This document shows positions 36,879-46,774 of a stretch of DNA of 64,000 nucleotides, in pieces. Source of the DNA: Nitrososphaerota archaeon (GTDB lineage Archaea; Thermoproteota; Nitrososphaeria_A; Caldarchaeales; Calditenuaceae); NCBI GenBank assembly GCA_033581555.1, contig JAVQSZ010000001.1, forward strand, positions 96,001-160,000, written 5' to 3'. Below the pieces are notes generated by a model. The model searched no databases. It saw nothing but the letters and a program-made list of their open reading frames with translations, and was not told where the DNA came from. The position numbers and the translations under genes were made by a program. Position 1 is the first letter of the stretch, and each line of letters starts with the position of its first letter.

Positions 36879-38814
36879 GCTCTTGACGGACGCCCTTGCG
36901 GCGGCCTTGGTCCTCTGGTCGCTGTACAGCGTGGCACCCATAAACCTAGTTCTGCCGGACTGGGCGATTCAACTCCTGCCCCTCAGACCACCTGTAGAGA
37001 CCTACAAGTTCAGGTGGGTCCACCTGACCTTGATACTTGCCCTAGCGGCGCTGACTTACACGAAGTCCAGAGCGGGGACGCTGCCGCTGCTTTTGCTGGC
37101 GTTCGGAGGCCTGTTCTACCAGGTCTCGCAGTTCGACAGGTTCGTTTACTCGGCCGCGACCCCCACCGCCATCGACGTGATAGTCGGCCTGATGACCGTC
37201 GGGCTACTGCTTTACGCGGTACTGAGGAGCAGCGGCCTGGCGGTCACCCTACTGCTGTTGTTCTTCATGGTTTACGCGGTGACCGGGTATTACTGGCCCG
37301 AGCCCTTCACACACAAGGGCTACAGCTTCGAGAGGCTGATCGGACACCTGTACATGACTCTAGAGGGGATATTCGGCGTCGCCATCGACGTCTCCGCCAC
37401 GCTGGTGATCCTGTTCGTCGCATATGGGGCCCTAATGGACGCCTCAGGGGCCAGCAAGTTCTTCATGGAGCTGGTGTACCTGTCGATGGGAAGAAGCCCC
37501 TCTGCCGCCGGAAGGGCGACCGTACTCCTCACAGCGCTCATCGGCGGGCCCCAGGGCAGCGGGGTCGCCACGACGCTCTCCGTGGGGCCGCTGGTGAAGG
37601 AATACCTGTTGAGGGCCGGGTATCCGAGGGAGAAGGCCGCGGGGCTGCTGTCGGCCGGCGGAATGGGCGCCGTGATATCGCCCCCACTCCTAGGTGCGGC
37701 AGCTTTCCTGATGATGGAATTCCTGAGGATCCCCCTGATCAGCGTGATGGTCCTCGTTCTGGTCCCCACTTTGCTCATCTACATCGTTCTCTACGTGACG
37801 GTCTGGCTCGAAGCGAAGGCCCTGGACCTCAAACCCGTTGAGCTCCCGAGGGTCGAAGCGCGCAAAGTGTTGAGGGGGCTCTATCACCTGCTCTCGATGG
37901 TGGTCCTGATAGCGGTCCTGCTAGTCGGACGCTCGCCCGGAATGGCCATAACGTCGGCGATATTCGTCACGATCGTCACGAGCTTCCTCAGCAGGGACAG
38001 GAGTGAGTGGTTGACTCCTAGGAGGCTCATCAGGACGCTCGTGGATGGGGGGAAGAGCTTCCTGCCGGTGGGGTGCATACTCGCGGGCGTGGGGATCGTG
38101 ATCGGAGTCTTCACCCTCACGGGGCTGGGCCTCAAGCTCGCTGGAATCATCGTGGCCGCGAGCGGGGGAGTCAGGGAGGTAGCGGTCCTGCTCAGCGGGT
38201 TAGCGGTCATACTGGTGGGTCTGGCCGTCCCGATAACCGCCTCCTACGTGGTCACGGCTGCTGTCGTCACGCCGGCCCTCGCCGCCCTCGGCATACCCCC
38301 ACACGTATCGCACGTCTTCGTCTTCTACTACTCAGTGCTCTCAGAGGTCTCACCCCCAATAGGGCTGGCCCCCATGGCTGCTGCATCGATCTTCGGCGGG
38401 AACCCCTTCAGGACCATGATGGAGGCCTGGAGGTACACGCTCCCGGCGTTCATCATACCCTTCTTCTTCACCTTCACGGCGGACGGGGAGCGACTGCTGT
38501 TGCTGCAGGACCCGAGGAACGTCGTCTTCTTCGACCCACAGGGAGCGATCGTGCCCCTCACGGCATCGATCGTAGGGGTGGTGTTGTTGAGCGCCGCCAT
38601 AGCAGGACACCTGTTCGCCAACCTGAGCCCGACCGAGGTCGCGGCCCTCGCAGTCGCGGGCTCGATGATAGGCCTCTACCCGGAGAACCAGCTCGCCGTC
38701 CTCTCCTCGCTGGTCTTGATCGCGGGGGTCTTGTCAGTTCAGATCGCTAAGACCAGGGTGGGAGCCCAGGTTCGGCACCGGCTCGAGCTGAGTCTTTCCA
38801 GGCCTCGTGGCTGA
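36865..38814 (+). CDS. TRAP transporter fused permease (4TM/12TM)
   Basis: EGIFGVA, PPLLGAAAFLM, SEVSPP; many TMs; start taken at ATG 36865. Confidence 0.92.
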   Translation: MDARKLLTDALAAALVLWSLYSVAPINLVLPDWAIQLLPLRPPVETYKFRWVHLTLILALAALTYTKSRAGTLPLLLLAFGGLFYQVSQFDRFVYSAATPTAIDVIVGLMTVGLLLYAVLRSSGLAVTLLLLFFMVYAVTGYYWPEPFTHKGYSFERLIGHLYMTLEGIFGVAIDVSATLVILFVAYGALMDASGASKFFMELVYLSMGRSPSAAGRATVLLTALIGGPQGSGVATTLSVGPLVKEYLLRAGYPREKAAGLLSAGGMGAVISPPLLGAAAFLMMEFLRIPLISVMVLVLVPTLLIYIVLYVTVWLEAKALDLKPVELPRVEARKVLRGLYHLLSMVVLIAVLLVGRSPGMAITSAIFVTIVTSFLSRDRSEWLTPRRLIRTLVDGGKSFLPVGCILAGVGIVIGVFTLTGLGLKLAGIIVAASGGVREVAVLLSGLAVILVGLAVPITASYVVTAAVVTPALAALGIPPHVSHVFVFYYSVLSEVSPPIGLAPMAAASIFGGNPFRTMMEAWRYTLPAFIIPFFFTFTADGERLLLLQDPRNVVFFDPQGAIVPLTASIVGVVLLSAAIAGHLFANLSPTEVAALAVAGSMIGLYPENQLAVLSSLVLIAGVLSVQIAKTRVGAQVRHRLELSLSRPRG

Positions 38815-39676
38815 ATCGCAGGAGCGCCTCAAAGATCGCCTGCGTGCCGTGCTTGTCGAACCCCATTGCACAGAGGACCTTCGTCAGCTGGTGGACCGTC
38901 GAAGCGCCGAACAGCGGGACGCCCGTCCGCTCGGCGACCTCCAGCACGATCCTCAGGTCCTTTCTCAAGTGCTCGACCTTGAAGCCGGGAGCGTAGTCCC
39001 GCTCGATCATCTTCGGCCCGAGGTTGTTCAGCTGCCAAGATCCCGCGGCGCCCGACCCGATCACCTCGAGGACCTTTCGGGGGTCGAGTCCGACCCTCAC
39101 CGCGAACGCTAGGGCCTCAGCGGCCGCGAGGAGCGTCCCCGCGACCGCGATCTGGTTCGAGAGCTTCGTCAACTGACCGCTGCCAGACGGCCCCATGTAC
39201 TCGATCCTCCTCCCCATGCACTCGAGGAGCGGCCTGACCCTCTCGAAGGCCTCCCTCTCGCCTCCGACCATGAAGGTGAGCGTCCCAGACTCGGCCGCGA
39301 AGGTGCTGCCGGTGACCGGAGCGTCGAGGTAGCTCGCGCCGACCTCCGCGAGCCTCGCGGCGATCTCCGCCTCGGTCGACGGGGAGACGGTGGAGCAGTC
39401 GACAACGATCGACCCGGACCTGACCCCCTTCACGACTCCCCTCTCGCCCAGGACGACCTCCATCACGTCCTTCGAGTCGGGGAGCATCAGGAAGACGAAC
39501 TCGGACGCCCTCGCGACCTCCTCGGGGCTCGAGGCCGCTCGCGCGCCCATCGCGACCAGTTCCTCTACCGGCGGCCTGCTCCTGTTGTGGACGGTCAGTT
39601 CGTGGCCGTGCTGCAGCAGCCTCTTCGACATCGGCCTCCCCATCAGGCCCAGCCCGATGAAGCCGACCTTCGCCAT
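38747..39676 (-). CDS. Beta-hydroxyacid dehydrogenase (tartronate semialdehyde reductase / 3-hydroxyisobutyrate dehydrogenase family)
   Basis: GFIGLGLMG, DAPVTG, KLSNQ, KDL. Confidence 0.92.
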   Translation of the reverse strand: MAKVGFIGLGLMGRPMSKRLLQHGHELTVHNRSRPPVEELVAMGARAASSPEEVARASEFVFLMLPDSKDVMEVVLGERGVVKGVRSGSIVVDCSTVSPSTEAEIAARLAEVGASYLDAPVTGSTFAAESGTLTFMVGGEREAFERVRPLLECMGRRIEYMGPSGSGQLTKLSNQIAVAGTLLAAAEALAFAVRVGLDPRKVLEVIGSGAAGSWQLNNLGPKMIERDYAPGFKVEHLRKDLRIVLEVAERTGVPLFGASTVHQLTKVLCAMGFDKHGTQAIFEALLRFSHEAWKDSARAGAEPGLPPWS

Positions 39677-39775
39677 CGAGCATTGGTCTCGATCGGCCGG
39701 CTTTACCCGTTTCCCACGGCGGAGCTCCGATGTCAGGCGCGGCGTTTATGGTGAGGGCGGAGGACGTCAGGAACG

Positions 39776-40327
39776 GTGCAGGTCTTCAGGCCCTACGTCG
39801 ACCTGAGGAGGTCGGCCGTGGTGCTGGACGACAGGAGGCTCGGGAAGCAGCGGGTCGAGTGCAAGCAGGTCCTGAAAGCGATCCTCAGGAAGTTGGGCCT
39901 GATCGACGACGGCCTCAGGGGATGGCTCAACCACCCGGTCGTCCTCCTCTACTTCAACGAGGGGAGGCCCTACGTCAGGGACCTGGTCGGGTTCTTCTGG
40001 GCCTGCGTCGAGGAGTGGAGGATGAGGGGGTACAGCAGCTCGATAGGCCTCGAGGACGTAGACCCCCTTCTCGGGAGGATCGAGGTCACGGAGGGCACGC
40101 CGGTCACCCGGGTCCACGAGATCGAGTACCGGAGGATACTCCTGGTGAAGGACCCAGAGCACTACGTCAGGGCGTTCCCGAGGGAGGAGGTGATTGAGGT
40201 CCTCGAGACCGAGCCGGTCCTCGTGAGCGGGATCAACGGCTGGCTCTTCGAGGACTTGAAGAGCTACGAGAGGGCCGTGAGGAGGATCAGGAGGATGCTC
40301 GAGAAGAGGGTTGCTGGAGGGGCTTAA
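39776..40327 (+). CDS. Pyrimidine dimer DNA glycosylase / T4 endonuclease V-like protein
   Basis: MQVFRPY...LDDRRLGKQRVECKQVL, GWLNHP, EWRMRGY. Confidence 0.78.
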   Translation: MQVFRPYVDLRRSAVVLDDRRLGKQRVECKQVLKAILRKLGLIDDGLRGWLNHPVVLLYFNEGRPYVRDLVGFFWACVEEWRMRGYSSSIGLEDVDPLLGRIEVTEGTPVTRVHEIEYRRILLVKDPEHYVRAFPREEVIEVLETEPVLVSGINGWLFEDLKSYERAVRRIRRMLEKRVAGGA

Positions 40328-40428
40328 GCCCCCTCCGGGCGCGTTGACGTCGAAGTCCCTCGGGAGGACCCTCTCGGTCAGCCTGGTCTGGAGGGCTCCT
40401 TCTCCCTAACAGCCGGATTGTCGAGGTT

Positions 40429-40670
40429 CACCCTCCTGACGTCCTCTGGGACGGCCTCGAGCCCGGAGACCTCGCCTTACCGCTCGACGAGCTCCTCCAT
40501 GACCTCTTCCCAGACGCCTGCCTCCTTCAGGCCCCTCACCAGGTATCCGTTGCACTCGAAGAACTTCCCGGAGAGCTTCCGCCCGCTAAGGAGGTTGCTG
40601 AGGTACGGGTCGGGGTCCGGCGTCGTCCCGGCTGTGATCGAGATCGTCGCGGTCGGCGAGATCGCTAGGC
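40429..40670 (-). pseudogene. Degenerate fragment of a ribonucleotide reductase (class II NrdJ-like) catalytic subunit
   Basis: AISPTATISITAGTT...LSGKFFECNGYLVRGLKEAGVWEEVMEELVER*GEVSGLEAVPEDVRRV matches the RNR 'IAPTGTISIIAGTS' region; in-frame TAA at 40477-40479. Confidence 0.7.
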
Positions 40671-40712
40671 GTGGTTGGCCGCCGAAGAGAGGACGGACCA
40701 GTGAAGCCCGCG

Positions 40713-41168
40713 TCAGAGGAGGGCGTCGACGATGTACGCGACTATCGTTCCGTAGAGAACGTGGAGCGCGACGCTGAGGGCCGAAGGCCTCCACCCGAGC
40801 GGGTGTTTGGTGATCGAGACCCCGGTGAGGGGCTTATGGATGAGCGCAAGCGTGAAGACCCAGAGGAAGACCCCGAAGGCGGGACCGAGGACCAGTGGGC
40901 CGAGCAGGGTGAATTGGGGCACTAACGCGATGAAGGCGCCGTAGGCCATCGCGGCGATGCCTCCGTTCGCGAAGTGGAAGAGGAACCCGATCGAGAAGGA
41001 GTCCTCCGGCCTGCGCCCCATCACCTTCGATGCGATCATCTGGTTCTCGTGCCACTCGAGAATTCCGACAGTCGACCACCTTCGCCAGAAGAAGTACTGT
41101 GGCACGCTCATCACCGCGGTCGCCACGATGCCCGCGAAGAGACCGTATGCGGCGGCCTCGATGACCAC
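40713..41168 (-). CDS. Small four-helix membrane protein
   Basis: Four hydrophobic helices; AGIVATAVMS, HFANG, HVLYG pattern. Confidence 0.7.
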   Translation of the reverse strand: MVIEAAAYGLFAGIVATAVMSVPQYFFWRRWSTVGILEWHENQMIASKVMGRRPEDSFSIGFLFHFANGGIAAMAYGAFIALVPQFTLLGPLVLGPAFGVFLWVFTLALIHKPLTGVSITKHPLGWRPSALSVALHVLYGTIVAYIVDALL

Positions 41169-41267
41169 GGACTGACTCCGTGAGGCAAGAGGATAAGCCT
41201 AACCCATCCCGTGAGGTCCTGCGTCTTCCCGCGAAAGCTTTATCGATGGGTGGTACGGGAGAACGGC

Positions 41268-41837
41268 GTGAGCAGCGACTTCCCGCCTTGGTGGAGGAGG
41301 AGGTGGAGGACCTTTGAGCTCATCGACGAGATGATGAGGGAGTTCGAGAGGTGGTTCGAGGAGGAGTTCAGGAGGTTCGAGAGGGAGTTGCCCAGGGACC
41401 TGATCAGGGAGATCAGGACTCCGACCGGCATCAGAAGGGAGATCGGCCCGATAGTCTACGGCTACTCTATCACGATAGGCCCCGACGGAAGGCCGGTGAT
41501 CAGGGAGTTCGGGAACGTGAGGCCGAGCCGGAGGGGAGAGCCGCCCATGCTGACGGTCGAGAGGGAGCCGCTCGTAGACGTCCTCGACGAGGAGGATAAA
41601 GTCAGGGTGATCGCGGAGGTGCCGGGCGTCAACAAGGAGGACATCAACCTGAACGTCACGGACACCAAGCTGACCATCAAGGTCGACACCGAGAAGCGGA
41701 GGTACTACAAGGAGATCGACCTGCCGGCCGAGGTCGACGCCGAGAACGCGAAGGCCAGCTACAACAACGGCGTCCTTGAGGTCACGCTCCCGAAGAAGGT
41801 CACACGAAGGCCCGTGAAGCAGATTAAGGTCGAATGA
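41268..41837 (+). CDS. hsp20: Archaeal small heat shock protein Hsp20
   Basis: GPIVYGYSITIGPDGRPVIREFGN, AEVPGVNKEDI, ASYNNGVLEV; start taken at GTG 41268. Confidence 0.95.
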   Translation: MSSDFPPWWRRRWRTFELIDEMMREFERWFEEEFRRFERELPRDLIREIRTPTGIRREIGPIVYGYSITIGPDGRPVIREFGNVRPSRRGEPPMLTVEREPLVDVLDEEDKVRVIAEVPGVNKEDINLNVTDTKLTIKVDTEKRRYYKEIDLPAEVDAENAKASYNNGVLEVTLPKKVTRRPVKQIKVE

Positions 41838-41926
41838 GGGCCGCACGGACCCTCGGCGTCGTCCCTCGTCTCACATTCATGCCTCTGAGGATGCGTTAAA
41901 TAGACGCGCGGTGCAGCAAACCGCAG

Positions 41927-43894
41927 ATGCGAGTTTCCTGGATGATCGGGGGGGCGCAGGGGAGCGGCGTTGACTCCTCCGCCAATGTATACGCGTATGC
42001 CGCCGCCTCCTCCGGTTACAACGTCTATGGGAAGAGGGAGTACTTCTCGAACATCAAGGGCAGACACAGCTACTTCACCGTCGTCGCGTCTGACGGTCCG
42101 GTGAGGAGCGTCACCGACGAGGTCCACGTCCTGACGAGTTTCGACGCCGAGACCGTATTCAGGCACGCCTTCGAGGTGATGAAGGGCGGCGTGCTGATCT
42201 ATGACAAGTACCTCGAGGCTGAGCGGCTGAAGAACCAGTCGATGCTGGAGCCGGAGGAGATGGAGAGGCTGGAGCGCGAGCTCGAGGAGAGGGGCGTCTC
42301 GGGGACCGTGAAGGACGTCGTCAGGGCGGCTGAGGAGGGTGGGGCGCACGTGGTCCCGATGCCCTACATGGACCTCCTGAAGAGGGTGGGTGAAATAATA
42401 GGCGAGAGCCAGCTCAGCGCGCTCACCCGAATGGTCAACACGCTAGCCGTCGCGGCCTCCTTCAAGATCCTCAACGGAGAGATCGAGTACCTCGAGAAGG
42501 GGCTGAACTACGCCTTCAGGGCGAAGAGGGCGATCGTGAGGAACAACGTGATAGCGTGCCAGGTCGCATACGAGTACGTCGGTTCGGAGTTCGACGGCGT
42601 CAAGCTCGACGTGAACATCAGGCCGAGGCCCAACGCCAACAACGGCCGCAGGGTCCTCATCACGGGGACCTCGATGGTGGGGATCGCGAAGATCGCCGCG
42701 GGGTGCAGGGTGCAGGCCTATTACCCGATAACGCCCGCCGCCGACGAGAGCTTCTACCTCGAGGACGAGATGGAGTTCGGGGTCAATCCCGAGGCGGAGA
42801 CGGACCTCCCGGCCCTGGCCGAGTCGAAAGTCCTCTCCGAGAAGACGAGCGTCGTGGTCTTCCAGACTGAGGACGAGTTGGCCGCGATAGACCTGGCCGT
42901 CGGGGCGGCCTTAGCGGGAGCTAGGGCCGCGACCGCGACCTCCGGACCCGGGTTCTCCCTGATGCCCGAGGGCCTAGACTGGGCCAGCATAAACGAGGTG
43001 CCGGTCGTGATCACGATCTACTCGAGGGGAGGGCCGAGCACGGGCCTTCCGACCAGGCACGAGCAATCAGACCTACTCTTCAGCGTCTTCGCGGGTCACG
43101 GAGAAGCGCCGAGGATAGTCCTCGCCTCTGGCGACATCGAGGAGGCCTTCTACGACACGATAAGGGCCTTCAACTACGCCGAGCGGTACCAAATGCCGGT
43201 AATTCACCTACTCGACAAGTCAATAGCCAACTCGACGCAGAGCGTACCGTTCCCGGACCTCAGCAGGGTCGTGATAGACAGGGGAATACTCCTCGATTCG
43301 GCCGACAGGGAATACAAGAGGTTCGAGTTCACCGACTCAGGCATCTCGCCGAGGATCCCCTTGGGGACCAAGGACGTCGTATTCTGGAACACCGGCGACG
43401 AACACGACGAGCTCGGCCACATCTCCGAGGACCCCGTCAACAGGATCAGGATGATGGAGAAGAGGATGAGGAAGCTCGAGGTGGCCGCGAGGGAGATTCC
43501 GGCCGACGAGAAGATAGCCGTGTACGGCGACCCATCTGCGGAGAACTGGATCATCAGTTGGGGCTCCACGAAGGGCCCGGTGCTCGACGGCCTCGACCTG
43601 CTGAGGGAGGAGGGCTTCGACCACAACCTGGCGTTCCTTCAAGTCAAGCTCCTCTGGCCGTTCCCCGGGGAACTGATCAAGGAGACGTTGAAGGGCGCGA
43701 AGAGGGTGATCGACCTCGAGCAGAACTACATGGGCCAGATGGGGCTGCTGATGAGGATGACTACCGGGATGGAGCCTACGAACTTCGTCCTGAAGTACAA
43801 CGGCAGGCCCTTCACGATGACCGAGGTCCGCGACGCGGTCAAGGCGGTCATCAGGACCAACGTCAAGAGGCTCGTCACGAACAGGGGCAGGTAG
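41927..43894 (+). CDS. korA: 2-oxoacid:ferredoxin oxidoreductase alpha subunit (gamma-alpha fusion)
   Basis: IGGAQGSG, YYPITPA, QTEDE, TATSGPGFSLM, RGGPSTGLPT. Confidence 0.95.
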   Translation: MRVSWMIGGAQGSGVDSSANVYAYAAASSGYNVYGKREYFSNIKGRHSYFTVVASDGPVRSVTDEVHVLTSFDAETVFRHAFEVMKGGVLIYDKYLEAERLKNQSMLEPEEMERLERELEERGVSGTVKDVVRAAEEGGAHVVPMPYMDLLKRVGEIIGESQLSALTRMVNTLAVAASFKILNGEIEYLEKGLNYAFRAKRAIVRNNVIACQVAYEYVGSEFDGVKLDVNIRPRPNANNGRRVLITGTSMVGIAKIAAGCRVQAYYPITPAADESFYLEDEMEFGVNPEAETDLPALAESKVLSEKTSVVVFQTEDELAAIDLAVGAALAGARAATATSGPGFSLMPEGLDWASINEVPVVITIYSRGGPSTGLPTRHEQSDLLFSVFAGHGEAPRIVLASGDIEEAFYDTIRAFNYAERYQMPVIHLLDKSIANSTQSVPFPDLSRVVIDRGILLDSADREYKRFEFTDSGISPRIPLGTKDVVFWNTGDEHDELGHISEDPVNRIRMMEKRMRKLEVAAREIPADEKIAVYGDPSAENWIISWGSTKGPVLDGLDLLREEGFDHNLAFLQVKLLWPFPGELIKETLKGAKRVIDLEQNYMGQMGLLMRMTTGMEPTNFVLKYNGRPFTMTEVRDAVKAVIRTNVKRLVTNRGR

Positions 43895-43963
43895 CGCTCT
43901 ACCTTCGGTCAACATATATAACGTTACGTATTGGTGATTTCAGAGCAAGTCGGGTGCGGGATC

Positions 43964-44410
43964 GTGTCGGCTGTCGCCGCGAAGAGGTTCGCTGAGGAGT
44001 TCGCCTCGACCCTCGACAAGTCGGTCTCGGTCTCCCTCAAGTCGGGAGTCAGGCTGATAGGGAAGCTGGTAGCCTTCAACCAGTCCGACTACAGTCTCTG
44101 GCTGGCCGACGTCACCTCATCCGACGGGAGGACCGCGAAGAAGCTCTTCGTAGCGGGCAGCGAGGTCTCCTCGATCGAGGTGCTGGAGAGGGGGCCGGAG
44201 CTCGACTCCCTCTACGAGAGGCTCAGCAGGACCTTCCCGAACATGGTCAAGTACCTGAGGGACGTGGGCGTCATACTGGTCATGGACAGGATCAGGGTCA
44301 CGAAGGACGGCGTCGTCGAGGGGACGGGCACGGCCGCCCAGAGGGTCCAGAAGATCTGGGAGGAGTGGAAGAAGGAGGAGGCGGAGAGACAGCAGGCCGC
44401 GGGGACCTGA
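43964..44410 (+). CDS. Lsm/SmAP3-type RNA-binding protein with C-terminal extension
   Basis: Sm fold (VSVSLKSGVRLIGKLVAFN...LWLAD) followed by 'FPNMVKY...ILVMDRIRVTKDGV'; start taken at GTG 43964. Confidence 0.8.
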   Translation: MSAVAAKRFAEEFASTLDKSVSVSLKSGVRLIGKLVAFNQSDYSLWLADVTSSDGRTAKKLFVAGSEVSSIEVLERGPELDSLYERLSRTFPNMVKYLRDVGVILVMDRIRVTKDGVVEGTGTAAQRVQKIWEEWKKEEAERQQAAGT

Positions 44411-44411
44411 G

Positions 44412-45140
44412 TCAGGACTCGAGGCGCGCGATCGTCCTCGTGGAGACCGAGATCACGTCGTCAACCGAGACCTCGCCTATCCCTAGGTCAGCCAACCTAT
44501 CGAGGACCTGCACCGCCCTCCTGCACGCGTAGTAGTCCGGGGTCGACTCGGAGACCTCGATCAGCATCCCCATGTTCTCCATCCCCGCCATGCCTGCGAG
44601 GTTCATCAGTATCCCCGCTGCCCCCACGATCTGCCCAGAGTAGACCTGGCCGTCTATCAGCTTGACGTACTTCTGGAGGACCGCTTTGTCGGTGGAGGAG
44701 CAGTAGACCTCGCGCCTCGGCGAGACGCTCTCCCTCCCGCCCAGCCCTCCGACCGTGAAGGCCCTCGTCGCGCCCATTCCCTTCACGAGGTCTATCACCG
44801 TGCTGCAGAACTCGTACTGCCCGTAGCTCGACGAAGGCTGGGCGGTCCCGTACAAGACGAGCGTCGGCGATGGCTCCTCGACCGCGTATATGTCCGCGAA
44901 GTTGAGGACGATCCTGCCGTCCGAGACGAACGCGGAGGTCGGGAACTCCGGAGAGTAGAGCCTGCAGACCCTCTTCGCCTTCACGACGCCGAGGATATGC
45001 GCGATCGCGACCTTAGACACCATCCCTATCCCAGGGAGGCCCTCGATGAAGGTCGCTCCCTCGAGCCTGTACTCCTTCATGCCCGGCTCGAAGACAACGA
45101 GCGTCCTGAGCGCCGAGTCCCCGAACTTCAGCGGGCCCAC
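44412..45140 (-). CDS. PAC2-family proteasome assembly chaperone
   Basis: EGLPGIGMVSK, QP...QYEF, TVGG, IVGAAG, PD. Confidence 0.85.
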   Translation of the reverse strand: MGPLKFGDSALRTLVVFEPGMKEYRLEGATFIEGLPGIGMVSKVAIAHILGVVKAKRVCRLYSPEFPTSAFVSDGRIVLNFADIYAVEEPSPTLVLYGTAQPSSSYGQYEFCSTVIDLVKGMGATRAFTVGGLGGRESVSPRREVYCSSTDKAVLQKYVKLIDGQVYSGQIVGAAGILMNLAGMAGMENMGMLIEVSESTPDYYACRRAVQVLDRLADLGIGEVSVDDVISVSTRTIARLES

Positions 45141-45165
45141 CTTGGACGGAAATCCGGCGGCCGCG

Positions 45166-45858
45166 TCAAATACTTTCGGGGATCGGACGATCCAGTTCGG
45201 GTATCAGGTCGACGTAGTGGAACCTCCCGTCCCTCACCACGAACTCGCCGAGCCTGAACCTAACGGGCCTGCTGAACGTCGGGCCGTCGTAGACGAACGT
45301 GTGGTACTCTCCGCGTTCGCCCGCGGGGTCGATGCCCGCTGCCGAGGACCTCAGTAGTGCAGTGTCGAGCTCCTTGCCCAGCAGCGCAGAGGGGTCCGCG
45401 GCGTCTCCGTCGACGACGCAGATCACGGCCCTGTACCCGAGGCCCACGAACCTCTCGACGACCTTCGCGGGGTCCTCGCCCCACAGCGGGAAGAGCAGCT
45501 CGACGCCGGACCGGGCCATCCTCTCCTCCCTGTACCTCCGGACGTCCTCGAGCCAGATGTCGCCGAACGCGACCGCGTCGACGCCGAACTCGGTCCTCAG
45601 CCGCTCGACCGCCTCCGACATCCTCCGCTCGTAGACCTCGTTCGGTGCGTTTGGAGGAATCCAGACCTCGAGGACCTCAAGCCCGAGCGACTCCGCCTGC
45701 CTCAGGAGAAGCTCTCGCCTCACGCCGTGCATCGTCACCCTGTTGAACCCCTCAGTGAGGGTCGTGAGCAGACAGGCCACCTCATGGCCGCGCGAGATCA
45801 CCTCGTGGAGCGTCAGGGCGCTATCCTTCCCGGTGCTCCACGATACAGTGACCCGCAA
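45166..45858 (-). CDS. Diphthine-ammonia ligase (Dph6)-like PP-loop ATPase
   Basis: SWSTGKDS, FGDI, PLW, GERGEYHTFV. Confidence 0.85.
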   Translation of the reverse strand: MRVTVSWSTGKDSALTLHEVISRGHEVACLLTTLTEGFNRVTMHGVRRELLLRQAESLGLEVLEVWIPPNAPNEVYERRMSEAVERLRTEFGVDAVAFGDIWLEDVRRYREERMARSGVELLFPLWGEDPAKVVERFVGLGYRAVICVVDGDAADPSALLGKELDTALLRSSAAGIDPAGERGEYHTFVYDGPTFSRPVRFRLGEFVVRDGRFHYVDLIPELDRPIPESI

Positions 45859-45925
45859 CCGCTCAGTCGACTCGGACGCACCTCAAAAAGGAGACGATAA
45901 TAGGACCTGGGCAGGTGGTCGGGGG

Positions 45926-46774
45926 ATGGGCAGGCCGAGGGCTTCGACGGCTGAGATCGTGGTCGTGGGCAACGAAGTCCTGAACGGCGAAGTCCTCGAC
46001 ACCAACAGCAACTGGCTGGCGAAGAGGCTCTATGCCTCGGGGCTCGTCCTGAGGAGGGTCACGGCGGTTAGGGACGACTTAAGGGAGATATCGGCCGCAG
46101 TGAGGGAGGCGCTCAGGAGGAAGACCGAGTGGATCTTCACCACGGGCGGGTTGGGGCCGACCGACGACGACATGACCCTGAGGGGCGTCGCGTTGGCGAC
46201 GAGAAGGAGACTCGTCTTGAACTCGGAGGCGCTCGAGATGCTCCGGGACCGGTACTCGAGGCTCTACGAGATGGGCGTGGTGAGGGAGAGGGAGCTTACC
46301 CCCTCCAGGCTGAAGATGGCCATGTTGCCGAGGGGCGCGAAGGCCCTGCGGAACCGAGTCGGGTCGGCGCCTGGCTCCTTGCTCAAGCACGGCAGGTCCT
46401 GGATAATCTCGCTTCCAGGGGTCCCATCGGAGATGAAGGACATCTACGAGAACGAGGTCGAACCTCTCCTGCTGAAGAGCGCGAGGAGGACCTTCAGGAG
46501 CGTCGGAGGACTGGTGGTGAGGGGCGTCCCCGAATCGGCTCTCGCGCCGGTGCTGAGCGCGGTCAGCAGGAGGCACAAGCAGACGTACGTCAAGTCCCAC
46601 CCGAAGGGCATCGAGGCCGGCCGATCGGTGGTGGAGATCGTGGTCCACGGCGAGGGAGGGAGCGAGGAGGAGGCGAGGAGGGTCGTCGAGGAGGTGCTGC
46701 GGGAGCTCCAGGAGCAGGTCAAGGGACTTATGCCGGCCTCCCTCGAGAGGATCGAGGCGAGGGAAGGGGGTTGA
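45926..46774 (+). CDS. CinA-like molybdopterin-binding domain protein
   Basis: VGNEVLNG...DTNSNWLA, TGGLGPTDDD, LPGVPSEM, YVKSHPKG; start taken at ATG 45926. Confidence 0.88.
   Translation: MGRPRASTAEIVVVGNEVLNGEVLDTNSNWLAKRLYASGLVLRRVTAVRDDLREISAAVREALRRKTEWIFTTGGLGPTDDDMTLRGVALATRRRLVLNSEALEMLRDRYSRLYEMGVVRERELTPSRLKMAMLPRGAKALRNRVGSAPGSLLKHGRSWIISLPGVPSEMKDIYENEVEPLLLKSARRTFRSVGGLVVRGVPESALAPVLSAVSRRHKQTYVKSHPKGIEAGRSVVEIVVHGEGGSEEEARRVVEEVLRELQEQVKGLMPASLERIEAREGG

Noticed and set aside
46129-46770. Long N-terminal extension of the PGI/PMI ORF (558 aa in the track)
   Set aside because: It is an alternate frame within the CinA-like gene; R/G-rich shadow translation typical of high GC.
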